DNA from: Clostridia bacterium
GTDB taxonomy: Bacteria; Bacillota; Clostridia; Oscillospirales; CAG-272
DNA: 64,000 bases
Assembly: GCA_017517035.1 (NCBI GenBank)
Contig: JAFXAN010000112.1
Span: forward strand, 3,648-67,647
Direction: 5' to 3'
A program made the translations under genes and the position numbers. Shown here piece by piece: positions 47,574-55,480 of this stretch. The stretch's first letter is position 1. The number at the start of each line of letters is the position of its first letter. Below the pieces are notes generated by a model, which was not told the origin of the DNA, did not search any database, and saw nothing but the letters and a program-made list of their open reading frames with translations.

Positions 47574-48335
47574 ATGTCGCGTGCTCCTGCGGTGGATTAT
47601 GCGGTGCAAATAATTGAACTTTTTTCTAAGAAGGACGATATAGGTATTGCAGATATCAGTAATGAATTAGATATAAACAAAAATGCTGTAACACGGGTGT
47701 TAGAAGCATTAGTTGAAAAGAATTGGATCTATATGAGTGATACGGTCGCAAAAAAATACAGTCTTACATTACGCCCGTTTTCTATGTTATCCGGACAAAT
47801 ATGTAACAACAACCTTGTGAAAATTGCAACACCACATTTGAGAGACTTGAACCAAAATCTTGGCGATTCTGTATATCTTGGTGTTAAAAACGAAAGAAAT
47901 GTGCTTTATCTTTCACATTATGATTCCACAAAGGAAGTTAGAATCAATGGTCGTACGGGTGGGGAATATCCTTTGAACTGTTCTGCACCCGGTAAAATTC
48001 TTTTATCTTATTCGAATCTTGATGAAATCAAAAGCTATTTTGATGTATCCGTCGATAAACGGACAGAAAACACCATTATAAAATTTGATAACTTTATGGC
48101 AGAGGCTGACAAAATAAAAAAGTCCGGCTATGCTATCGACAACGAGGAATTCGCCAAAGGTATTATTTGCATTGCTGTGCCTGTTTTTGATTATGCAGAA
48201 AATATGGTGGCAAGTATAGGCGTTTCTTCTCTTACGCTATATGACGATATTGACTCTTTGATTAACCATAAATTTGCTTTGCTGAAAAAAGCTGCAGATG
48301 AAATATCGTTATGTCTTGGGAAAAAGAAAATGTAA
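47574..48335 (+). CDS. IclR family transcriptional regulator
   Basis: N-terminal winged HTH plus an IclR effector domain (...GYAIDNEEFAKGIICIAVPVFD). Confidence 0.85.
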   Translation: MSRAPAVDYAVQIIELFSKKDDIGIADISNELDINKNAVTRVLEALVEKNWIYMSDTVAKKYSLTLRPFSMLSGQICNNNLVKIATPHLRDLNQNLGDSVYLGVKNERNVLYLSHYDSTKEVRINGRTGGEYPLNCSAPGKILLSYSNLDEIKSYFDVSVDKRTENTIIKFDNFMAEADKIKKSGYAIDNEEFAKGIICIAVPVFDYAENMVASIGVSSLTLYDDIDSLINHKFALLKKAADEISLCLGKKKM

Positions 48336-48348
48336 AGGGAGGGATTTA

Positions 48349-48798
48349 ATGAAAAAATCAACATTATTTGCAAAATTACCGGATTATGTTGCAACTCCTG
48401 ACGGAATGACAATAGACAAGGACGGTAATCTTATACTTGCGTGTCCAAATTATGGCGACCAATCTATGCCCGGTTGTATTTTAAAAATTGATAAAAACAA
48501 GAATATAGAAAAATGGTTTGATGTTCAAGTTCATGAAGAAACAGGGCTTGCTTCACCTATGGGAATAGCATTCGGTCTTGACGGAGATTTATATATCTGC
48601 GACAATCAGGGGTAGCCCGGAAAACCTGAACTTATAAGAAAGGGCAGAATTTTAAGAGTCCGTATAGATGGCAACAATATTGCGAAGGCAACTGTTGTTG
48701 CAAAAAATATGGAACATCCCAATGGTATGAGAATAAAAGACGGATATGTTTATATTACTCAGAGCACGTTAGAACTTGTAAAAGAGATTACTCTATAA
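48349..48798 (+). pseudogene. beta-propeller (SMP-30/gluconolactonase-like) gene fragment with an in-frame TAG
   Basis: PDGMTIDKDGNLILA, PMGIAFGLDGDLYICDNQG, then TAG at 48613-48615. The same frame continues as PGKPE...HPNGMRIKDGYVYIT. Total length is only 149 codons, against 285 for the paralog at 16752. Confidence 0.7.
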
Positions 48799-48811
48799 GG
48801 AGAACATTTTT

Positions 48812-50806
48812 ATGGGAAATTTGACAAATTTAAAAGAGTTTATATTTGAAACAGATAATAAGGCGTGTTTTATTGAAAGAGATGAAATTTTAGGACGCTT
48901 GGAAACTGAAATGGCTGATTATGACAAACCGGACAAATTTGCAATTATTTTTTCAAAGCTGTTAAGCGAGGTTTCCGTACCCATAAATGAAGATGACTAT
49001 TTTGCCGGACGTGTTGTTGAAGCTTTACCCTATGAAGGTCTGAAAACAGCAAACTATCTTTTGAATTCAGCAGGACATCTGAGTCCGGATTACGGAAAAG
49101 TTTTGAACTGCGGCTTAAAAGGTATAGTTTCCGAAATAAATGATATTGCAAGAAAAAAGGGCGATGCCGAATCTAAAAGCTTTGCGGAAAACGCTGTAAT
49201 TGTGGCAGAAGCAGTGCGTGCTTACTGCCTGCGCTATGCGGAAGAAGCCCAAAAAGCAGGATTTCATAAAATGGCAAAAGCACTTCGGGTTGTTCCTTAT
49301 GAACCTGCTTATGATTTCTATTCTGCTTTGCAGGGAATATGGATTTTGCATATGATACTCAGTTGTTATATTGGTTCTCGTGATTATGCATTCGGAAACT
49401 TTGACAAATATATGCTCCCATTTTACGAAAAAGCTCTTGCCGACGGCAAGACTGAAACGGAGCTTACAGAACTTCTTGCCGGATTCTTCATTAAAACAAA
49501 TGAAATTTGCGGAAGATGTACGCACAACTATAACGCAAAACCGGTCTTGTGTCAGGCATCCAAGCAATATGTCAATATAGGCGGAGAATTCCCAAACAAA
49601 TTTTCGATTGTATGCCTGAAGGCAGCAGAACTTAATAATATGGCACAGCCGGAAATAGTTGTCCGTTTAAAACCGGACGCTGATGCAGAGTTTACCGAGC
49701 AGGTGTTTAAGTTGCTTGCGGTTTTAACAGACAAGGTGAATATATATAATTATGACACCATCTTCAAATGTCTTACAGACCGGGGTGTAAAGCCTGATGT
49801 GGCGAAAGATTTTACTTATTCGGCTTGCTGTACTTTTGATTTGCATTACCATAACCCGAGGGGCGAATATTATGTTCCGACTGTACAGATTTTTCTTGAA
49901 GTTCTGCACAGTAAAAATTATACTTCAATAGAAAAAATTTTAAAGGACTACACTGCGGCGTTGTCAAAGGATATGGAAAACCAACACTGGATAAAGCCAA
50001 TAGAGGATATGCGGCAGACTGCTGTACTTGACTCATTGCTCCTGACCGACACAGCTATGGAATGTAAATATGCATATGACAAAGACCGTGCGTATTGCCT
50101 CAACAATTTATTTTTGCCTGGGGTTGCAACAATAGGCGACTCACTTATGGTGCTGGATAAGCTTGTTTTTAAAGAAAAACGTTATTCCTTCGCGGAATTT
50201 ATGAAAATCCTTGATGAAAATTATGAAAATAACGAAGAGCTTAGAAGTGAAATACTGAATTACGAAAGATTCGGAAATGACAGTGAAAATGATAATTATA
50301 CAGCTATGGTAGGCAATGCTATGGTTGACGCAGTTGACAATCTAGAAAAGCGCGATAATGAATATAACATTCCGGGATTTTACTCTCTGGAACGTGACAA
50401 TAGTTGGTGTGGCAAAATAGGAGCTTCGCCTGACGGAAGAAAAAGCGGAGAACCGTTTAGCGAAAATCAGTCACCTACTTATGGTGCCGATAAGAATGGA
50501 ATAACAGCACTTTTAAAAAGTATTTCAAAACTGCCCTTTGAGAGAACTGCAGGCGGCGGACTCAATTTGACCTTTTCACAAAAGGTTTCATCGGATGTTT
50601 TAAAAGCCCTTATACTGACTTATTTCAGCATGGGTGGGCTTCATGTGGGAATAAGCGTAATTGACCGCAGCACTTTGCAGGATGCAATGGTTAATCCCGA
50701 CAAATACAAGAGCCTGACGGTAAGACTATACGGCTTTAGCGAATATTTTGTAAGTCTTCCCGAATGGCAGCAGATTGCTGTTTTGAACAGGACCGAATAT
50801 AAGTAA
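48812..50806 (+). CDS. glycyl-radical enzyme, very short form (664 aa)
   Basis: C-terminal LTVRLYGFSEYF glycyl-radical fingerprint (Gly641, nt 50732-50734). SPDGR motif is present. Candidate active-site loop is SACCTF (Cys339/Cys340, nt 49826-49831). Confidence 0.8.
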   Translation: MGNLTNLKEFIFETDNKACFIERDEILGRLETEMADYDKPDKFAIIFSKLLSEVSVPINEDDYFAGRVVEALPYEGLKTANYLLNSAGHLSPDYGKVLNCGLKGIVSEINDIARKKGDAESKSFAENAVIVAEAVRAYCLRYAEEAQKAGFHKMAKALRVVPYEPAYDFYSALQGIWILHMILSCYIGSRDYAFGNFDKYMLPFYEKALADGKTETELTELLAGFFIKTNEICGRCTHNYNAKPVLCQASKQYVNIGGEFPNKFSIVCLKAAELNNMAQPEIVVRLKPDADAEFTEQVFKLLAVLTDKVNIYNYDTIFKCLTDRGVKPDVAKDFTYSACCTFDLHYHNPRGEYYVPTVQIFLEVLHSKNYTSIEKILKDYTAALSKDMENQHWIKPIEDMRQTAVLDSLLLTDTAMECKYAYDKDRAYCLNNLFLPGVATIGDSLMVLDKLVFKEKRYSFAEFMKILDENYENNEELRSEILNYERFGNDSENDNYTAMVGNAMVDAVDNLEKRDNEYNIPGFYSLERDNSWCGKIGASPDGRKSGEPFSENQSPTYGADKNGITALLKSISKLPFERTAGGGLNLTFSQKVSSDVLKALILTYFSMGGLHVGISVIDRSTLQDAMVNPDKYKSLTVRLYGFSEYFVSLPEWQQIAVLNRTEYK

Positions 50807-50816
50807 GAGGTTCATT

Positions 50817-50938
50817 ATGTATGGATTTATTTTTAACATTCAGAGGTTTTGCATAAATGACGGACCGGGAATACGCAAACTGTGTTTTTTAAGGTTGTCC
50901 GCTAAAGTGCGTGTGGTGTCACAATCCCGAAAGTCAAC
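50817..50938 (+). pseudogene. remnant of a GRE-activase gene (two frameshifts, 3' part deleted)
   Basis: MYGFIFNIQRFCINDGPGIR is in frame 1, TVFFK in frame 2 and GCPLKCVWCHNPESQ in frame 3. Compare the intact paralog [25 protein letters not shown] at 18443. No homologous sequence follows. Confidence 0.8.
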
Positions 50939-51068
50939 ATGCATTTGGGAAACAGCAACCTAAAATATCATTACTAAGAGAAAAATTGACGATATTATCG
51001 ATTATATCGGCTCAAAAACAAGAAAAACGGTAAAAAAAGCATAATTTTTTACGAAATAAATATTTATT

Positions 51069-51107
51069 AAAAAGCCCGCTATTGTTTTCGTACAATAGCG
51101 GGCTTTT
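51069..51107 (+). terminator. rho-independent terminator
   Basis: AGCCCGCTATTG...CAATAGCGGGCT 12-bp stem followed by TTTT. Confidence 0.8.
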
Positions 51108-51152
51108 GAGGTGTTTTATGTCAAACTCTTTTAATAGTCTTATATATACGCC

Positions 51153-51177
51153 CTGACACCATTTCTGACACCAATTT
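51153..51177. repeat. right copy of the imperfect direct repeat flanking the GRE-2 island
   Basis: CTGACACCATTTCTGACACCAATTT. Confidence 0.6.
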
Positions 51178-51446
51178 TTTATGAAATTTATTCATATTAT
51201 TATAGCTCATATATATGAATTTTTCAAGTATATTTAGCAATTAGATCAAAAAAAATTTATTTTTTTGTAAAAAATCATTGCATTTTTCGTAAAATGTGAT
51301 ATAATATTAAAATGAAAGTGATATTTTACACATAGTTTCTTCATTTTTACGACAAAATTCTGTGAAAATTCAAAATTTTATCACATGATTTTCCCATTTG
51401 TGTTATAAAATGGTATCATCGAGGATTTACAAGGAGGTTAAACGAT

Positions 51447-52136
51447 ATGATGGATACAAAAATTCTGCTTATTGACGACGATGCAAACACATGCGATCTT
51501 GTAAAAATATATCTTGAAAATGAAGGATATGAGGTTAAGGTTGCAAGCGACGGCGTTGAAGGTCTTGCTTTTTTCAAAATGTACGAGCCTGATCTCATTC
51601 TGCTTGACATAATGCTTCCGAAGAAGGACGGATGGCAGGTTTGCCGCGAGATCAGAGAGCAGTCCTCAAAGCCGATCATTATGATAACCGCAAAGAGCGA
51701 GGTTTTTGATAAGGTTCTCGGCCTTGAGCTTGGTGCTGACGATTTCATTGTCAAGCCCTTTAATGTTAAGGAGCTTTCTGCAAGAGTGAAGGCTGTTCTT
51801 CGCCGATATAATGCTCATTCTTCACAGAATGATGATGATATTATTAAATTTGAAAATATCGAGATAAGCCTTCAGAAATATGAGCTGAAGCTCGGCGGAA
51901 AGAGCGTTGATGTCCCTCCAAAGGAGCTGGAGCTTCTTTATTTCCTGGCTTCTAATGCTGACCATGTGTTTACCCGTGACCAGCTTCTTGATAAGGTTTG
52001 GGGCTTTGATTATCTTGGCGACTCAAGAACTGTTGATGTTCATGTCAAGCGACTTCGTGAGAAGCTTGACGGCATTTCGGACAAATGGACTCTTCAGACT
52101 GTTTGGGGCGTTGGTTACAAATTTAAACTTATTTAA
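51447..52136 (+). CDS. OmpR/PhoB-family response regulator
   Basis: Receiver domain (ILLIDDD...LDIMLPKKDG) plus a winged-helix output domain (...TVWGVGYKF). Confidence 0.92.
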   Translation: MMDTKILLIDDDANTCDLVKIYLENEGYEVKVASDGVEGLAFFKMYEPDLILLDIMLPKKDGWQVCREIREQSSKPIIMITAKSEVFDKVLGLELGADDFIVKPFNVKELSARVKAVLRRYNAHSSQNDDDIIKFENIEISLQKYELKLGGKSVDVPPKELELLYFLASNADHVFTRDQLLDKVWGFDYLGDSRTVDVHVKRLREKLDGISDKWTLQTVWGVGYKFKLI

Positions 52137-52196
52137 AGGATTCAAAACCGCGCCAATGCCGATAAGGCATTGGCGCATTGTTTGGGAGGCTTAAAA

Positions 52197-52865
52197 ATGG
52201 GTGAAAATGATCTTATTGCGATAATTTCTTCTTCTGTTCACGATATGAAGGCTCCTCTTACTACGATCTCGGGATTTGCAGGCGCTATGCTTGACGGAAC
52301 GATTCCCGAGGAGAAACGAGAGCATTACCTTGCGATAATTCGTGATGAATCCGAGCGGATGAGCCGTATATGCGAGGAGCTTCTTGAAGCTTCGAGGATA
52401 GAAGCTGGGTGTGAGAACTATAAAAACGAAACGGTCGACATTTCGGATATTGCACGGAATGTCATAGTTTCGCTTCTTGATGAGATTGAGGCGAAAAATC
52501 TTAATTTTGAGTTTAATGAGCCGGAGATTCGGCAAACTGTTATGGGAGATAAGGGCGCAATTACAAGACTTCTGTATAATATCTGTGAAAATGCGGTAAA
52601 ATTCTCCTATAAGGGCGGTGACATGGTTGTTACCCTTGGCGTGATTGATGGGTATAATGCCGTACGCATCGAAAACAGCGGCGATGCTATAAGCGATGAA
52701 GTTAAAGAAAAGATCTTTTTACCCTTTTACAGAAGCGGAAAGGGAAGCGGAAGCGGTCTTGGAATGTTTATTGCGAAAAGGATCGCAGATGCTCATGGAG
52801 CTGAAATAAAAATTGATAGAGATAATGATAGAACGGTATTTACCGTTGTATTTGGGCGAGGTTGA
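52197..52865 (+). CDS. histidine kinase consisting only of DHp and catalytic domains (no sensor or TM region)
   Basis: The H-box SSSVHDMKAPLTTISGF begins at about residue 12. N-, G1- and G2-boxes are present (NAVKF, GSGLGMFIAKRI). Only 222 aa. Confidence 0.8.
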   Translation: MGENDLIAIISSSVHDMKAPLTTISGFAGAMLDGTIPEEKREHYLAIIRDESERMSRICEELLEASRIEAGCENYKNETVDISDIARNVIVSLLDEIEAKNLNFEFNEPEIRQTVMGDKGAITRLLYNICENAVKFSYKGGDMVVTLGVIDGYNAVRIENSGDAISDEVKEKIFLPFYRSGKGSGSGLGMFIAKRIADAHGAEIKIDRDNDRTVFTVVFGRG

Positions 52866-52867
52866 TT

Positions 52868-54145
52868 ATGGAAGATAATATTTTTAATCCCGAGGAAAAA
52901 AAGGAAAATTACGAGGAGAAATTACCCGAAGAAGAGAATGCTCCTACAGAGGAGGAAAGGGAAGAGCCTGCTCCTCAGCCTCAATACGCCTTCAGGTGGA
53001 ATTATGAGGAACAGGAAAAAGCAAATCTTGAAAGAGAAAAAGCAAAGAAAAAGAGCGGAATCAGAACATATGCCATAGTTATGACGGCAGCATTTGCTAT
53101 TTGCTTTGCACTTCTTATTGCTGTTCTTTTTATTGATGGATTTGCAAATATAACCGAAACCAAAATAATCGAGCATGAGAGAACGATCTATGTGAGAGAA
53201 TTTGATAGCGAAAGCGGAGTTCTCACCATTCCCGAGATCACCGAAAAGGTAAAGCCCAGCGTTGTGGGAATCGAGATCACAACAAAGAGCGGCGGCGGTA
53301 TCGGTACGGGAATAATCATGCGTGAGGACGGATATATTGCAACCAATGCCCATGTGGTTGAAAATGCCGAGACCGTCAAGGTCATCATGCAGGACGGAAG
53401 TGAAATTGATGCCGAGATCATCGGCAGAGATGAGCTGAGCGATCTTGCGGTGGTTAAGATCGAGGGCGAGGGATATGCTGCGGCTGAGTTCGGCAAGAGC
53501 GAAGAGATCATCGTGGGTGAGCTTGCAGTTGCGATCGGTACTCCTGCAGGACTTGAGCTTGCCGGAACGGTTACGGATGGTATAATTTCCGCAATAAACA
53601 GAAATGTTAAGATTTATGACGATATTACCGGTGCGCTCCAGAAGACCATGACTCTCATTCAGACCAGCGCAAGTATAAATAAGGGAAACAGCGGCGGGCC
53701 TCTTATAAATGACAGAGGTCAGGTCATCGGAATCAACACATTGAAGCTGGCGGACGGATATGACGGGATCGGGTTTGCAATTCCCATTGACGGTGCGCTT
53801 GTGATTCTTAATAAGATCATTGAAACAGGCGAGGATATTGTTGAAAACAATACAAGCATTGCGGAAAAGCGTGTTATTATAGGAATCAAGGGCGGCGCAG
53901 TCACAAAGAACGGAATATATCCCGCAACAGGCGTGCTTGTTGCAGAGGTTTATGAGGGATACGACGCTGAAAATCATCTGAAGCCGGGAGATATAATAGT
54001 CGGTATCGACGGATATGAGGTTATTGATATTTCCGATATTTCAGAGTCTCTGGCAACGAAAAAAGCAGGCGATAAGATCACCCTGAAGGTTTATAGAGAG
54101 GGCAATATTTTCGACTGCGATGTAATAGTTGATTATGAAAAATAA
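52868..54145 (+). CDS. HtrA/DegP-family serine protease with a PDZ domain
   Basis: Acidic N-terminus, TM anchor, catalytic triad motifs (TNAHV, D, GNSGGPL), and a C-terminal PDZ domain. Confidence 0.9.
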   Translation: MEDNIFNPEEKKENYEEKLPEEENAPTEEEREEPAPQPQYAFRWNYEEQEKANLEREKAKKKSGIRTYAIVMTAAFAICFALLIAVLFIDGFANITETKIIEHERTIYVREFDSESGVLTIPEITEKVKPSVVGIEITTKSGGGIGTGIIMREDGYIATNAHVVENAETVKVIMQDGSEIDAEIIGRDELSDLAVVKIEGEGYAAAEFGKSEEIIVGELAVAIGTPAGLELAGTVTDGIISAINRNVKIYDDITGALQKTMTLIQTSASINKGNSGGPLINDRGQVIGINTLKLADGYDGIGFAIPIDGALVILNKIIETGEDIVENNTSIAEKRVIIGIKGGAVTKNGIYPATGVLVAEVYEGYDAENHLKPGDIIVGIDGYEVIDISDISESLATKKAGDKITLKVYREGNIFDCDVIVDYEK

Positions 54146-54149
54146 AACA

Positions 54150-54178
54150 AAAAAGCACCTCGGATGAGGTGCTTTTTT
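54150..54178 (+). terminator. rho-independent terminator
   Basis: AGCACCTC GGAT GAGGTGCT followed by T6. Confidence 0.85.
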
Positions 54179-54180
54179 GT

Positions 54181-54256
54181 TGGTGCTCCATTGCGGAATC
54201 GAACCGCAGACACCTTGATTAAAAGTCAAGTGCTCTACCGGCTGAGCTAATGGGGC
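54181..54256 (-). tRNA. tRNA-Lys (anticodon UUU), CCA-encoded
   Basis: Hand-folded cloverleaf: D stem GCTC/GAGC, anticodon stem CTTGA/TCAAG with loop CTTTTAA, T stem TGCGG/CCGCA with loop TTCGATT, and a 3' ACCA end. The acceptor stem has one C3-A70 mismatch. Confidence 0.9.
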
Positions 54257-54274
54257 ATATCCACAACGACATAT

Positions 54275-54303
54275 ATAATACCATATTTTTTTCGATTTGT
54301 CAA
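54275..54303 (-). promoter_or_regulatory. sigA-type promoter of the tRNA-Lys gene
   Basis: On the minus strand: TTGACA, 17 nt, TATTAT with an upstream TG. It lies about 12-18 nt upstream of the tRNA 5' end. Confidence 0.6.
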
Positions 54304-54346
54304 CAGTTTTGGCAAAATTTATTTGATTTATTCACTTTTTTGAAAA

Positions 54347-54372
54347 TAAAAGGACGACATTTGCCGTCCTTT
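54347..54372 (-). terminator. terminator downstream of the DUF1385-like gene
   Basis: AGGACGACA...TGCCGTCCT stem with a T-run on the minus strand. Confidence 0.7.
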
Positions 54373-54380
54373 ATAAGATT

Positions 54381-55388
54381 TTACCAGCTTGCTTCCTTTT
54401 CGTCCTCGGGGAGAACCTCAACAAATGCCTTTATAGCGCATTCGATCATATCGTCCTCAGGCTCGACGGTTGTGATCCTCTGGAACCACATTCCCGGCTG
54501 GGATATAACTCTTGTAAACACATTATCATGTCTTCCTGCAAGCTTAATAAGCTCATATCCTATGCCAACTGACACAGGCAGGAGCAGAAGCTTGATTGCT
54601 GAGCGAATGAGAGTTGGAAGATTTGTTGGAATAAACATTCCGATGATGATTCCGACTATTAGCATCAGCACCATGAATGATGTTCCGCATCTTGGGTGAT
54701 AACGGCTTTCTTTTCTGACATTTTCAACCGTAAGCTCGTTTCCGTGCTCATAGCAGAAGATGGTCTTATGCTCGGCTCCGTGATACATAAATGTTCTTCT
54801 GATGTCTTTCATTCTTGAAACAAGAAGCATATAGACAAGGAAAATAAGTATTCTGAGGATTCCCTCAAAGGGAGATTGGAGATATTTACTCTTATCGGCA
54901 AAGAAGGGAACAAACCTTTCCAGAAGGTCATAGAGAAATGTTGGAAGGATCATGAAAAGCCCAACAGCCAGAGCAATTCCGAGAACTGCGCTTATGACCA
55001 TGAGTATATTCATGCCGACTTGGCTGATCCCGGAGCTTTTTTTCTCCTCTGAGCCGTCCTCGCTTTTCTCCTCGACCTCCTCAAACCCTGCGATTTCTGC
55101 AGAGCGCATGAGGCATTTATAGCCGCTTGACATTGAATCTATAAAATTGAAAATTCCGCGAACGAAAGGTAATTTAAAAAATTTACCGTTGAATTTTGCT
55201 TTTGTATCCCATTTTTCAAGTACGATCTCTCCATTTGGATCACGCACAGCCATAGCTGAGAGCTTTGGACCTCGCATCATGATTCCCTCGATGAGAGCCT
55301 GACCGCCGATCGAGGTCTTTTTGGCACATCCGCCGCAAGCGCTAACTCTATCTTTTTTCAAAAAATCACTCCTTTGTAACATAATCAA
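54381..55388 (-). CDS. DUF1385-family membrane protein
   Basis: IGGQALIEGIMMRG N-terminal signature and the HGAEHK motif. Confidence 0.8.
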   Translation of the reverse strand: MIMLQRSDFLKKDRVSACGGCAKKTSIGGQALIEGIMMRGPKLSAMAVRDPNGEIVLEKWDTKAKFNGKFFKLPFVRGIFNFIDSMSSGYKCLMRSAEIAGFEEVEEKSEDGSEEKKSSGISQVGMNILMVISAVLGIALAVGLFMILPTFLYDLLERFVPFFADKSKYLQSPFEGILRILIFLVYMLLVSRMKDIRRTFMYHGAEHKTIFCYEHGNELTVENVRKESRYHPRCGTSFMVLMLIVGIIIGMFIPTNLPTLIRSAIKLLLLPVSVGIGYELIKLAGRHDNVFTRVISQPGMWFQRITTVEPEDDMIECAIKAFVEVLPEDEKEASW

Positions 55389-55480
55389 AGCAATTATACA
55401 CCCAATATATTAACTGAATATTAATTTTACAAAAAAATCGGGCTGAAATGTCAAATATAATGACACAGCCCGATTTTTGA

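Noticed and set aside
48613-48615. In-frame TAG as a possible pyrrolysine or programmed read-through codon
   Set aside because: No pyl genes or methylamine methyltransferase context are present. The neighbouring activase is also degraded and the gene is truncated, so a nonsense mutation in a decaying island is the simpler explanation.
51180-51446. AT-rich region upstream of the response regulator with loosely repeated GTAAAA/GTGATA-like words, considered as possible regulator binding sites
   Set aside because: I could not define a consistent direct repeat with regular spacing by eye. It may simply be AT-rich promoter DNA at the island boundary.
52922-53977. 351-aa ORF antisense to the HtrA protease gene
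   Set aside because: It lies entirely inside and opposite a gene with clear protease and PDZ motifs. Its composition is Cys/Ser/Leu-rich and it has no RBS. This is a typical shadow ORF.
54250-54699. 149-aa plus-strand ORF overlapping the tRNA-Lys 5' end and the DUF1385 gene
   Set aside because: It overlaps a tRNA, its promoter, a terminator and a conserved minus-strand gene, so it is not credible.
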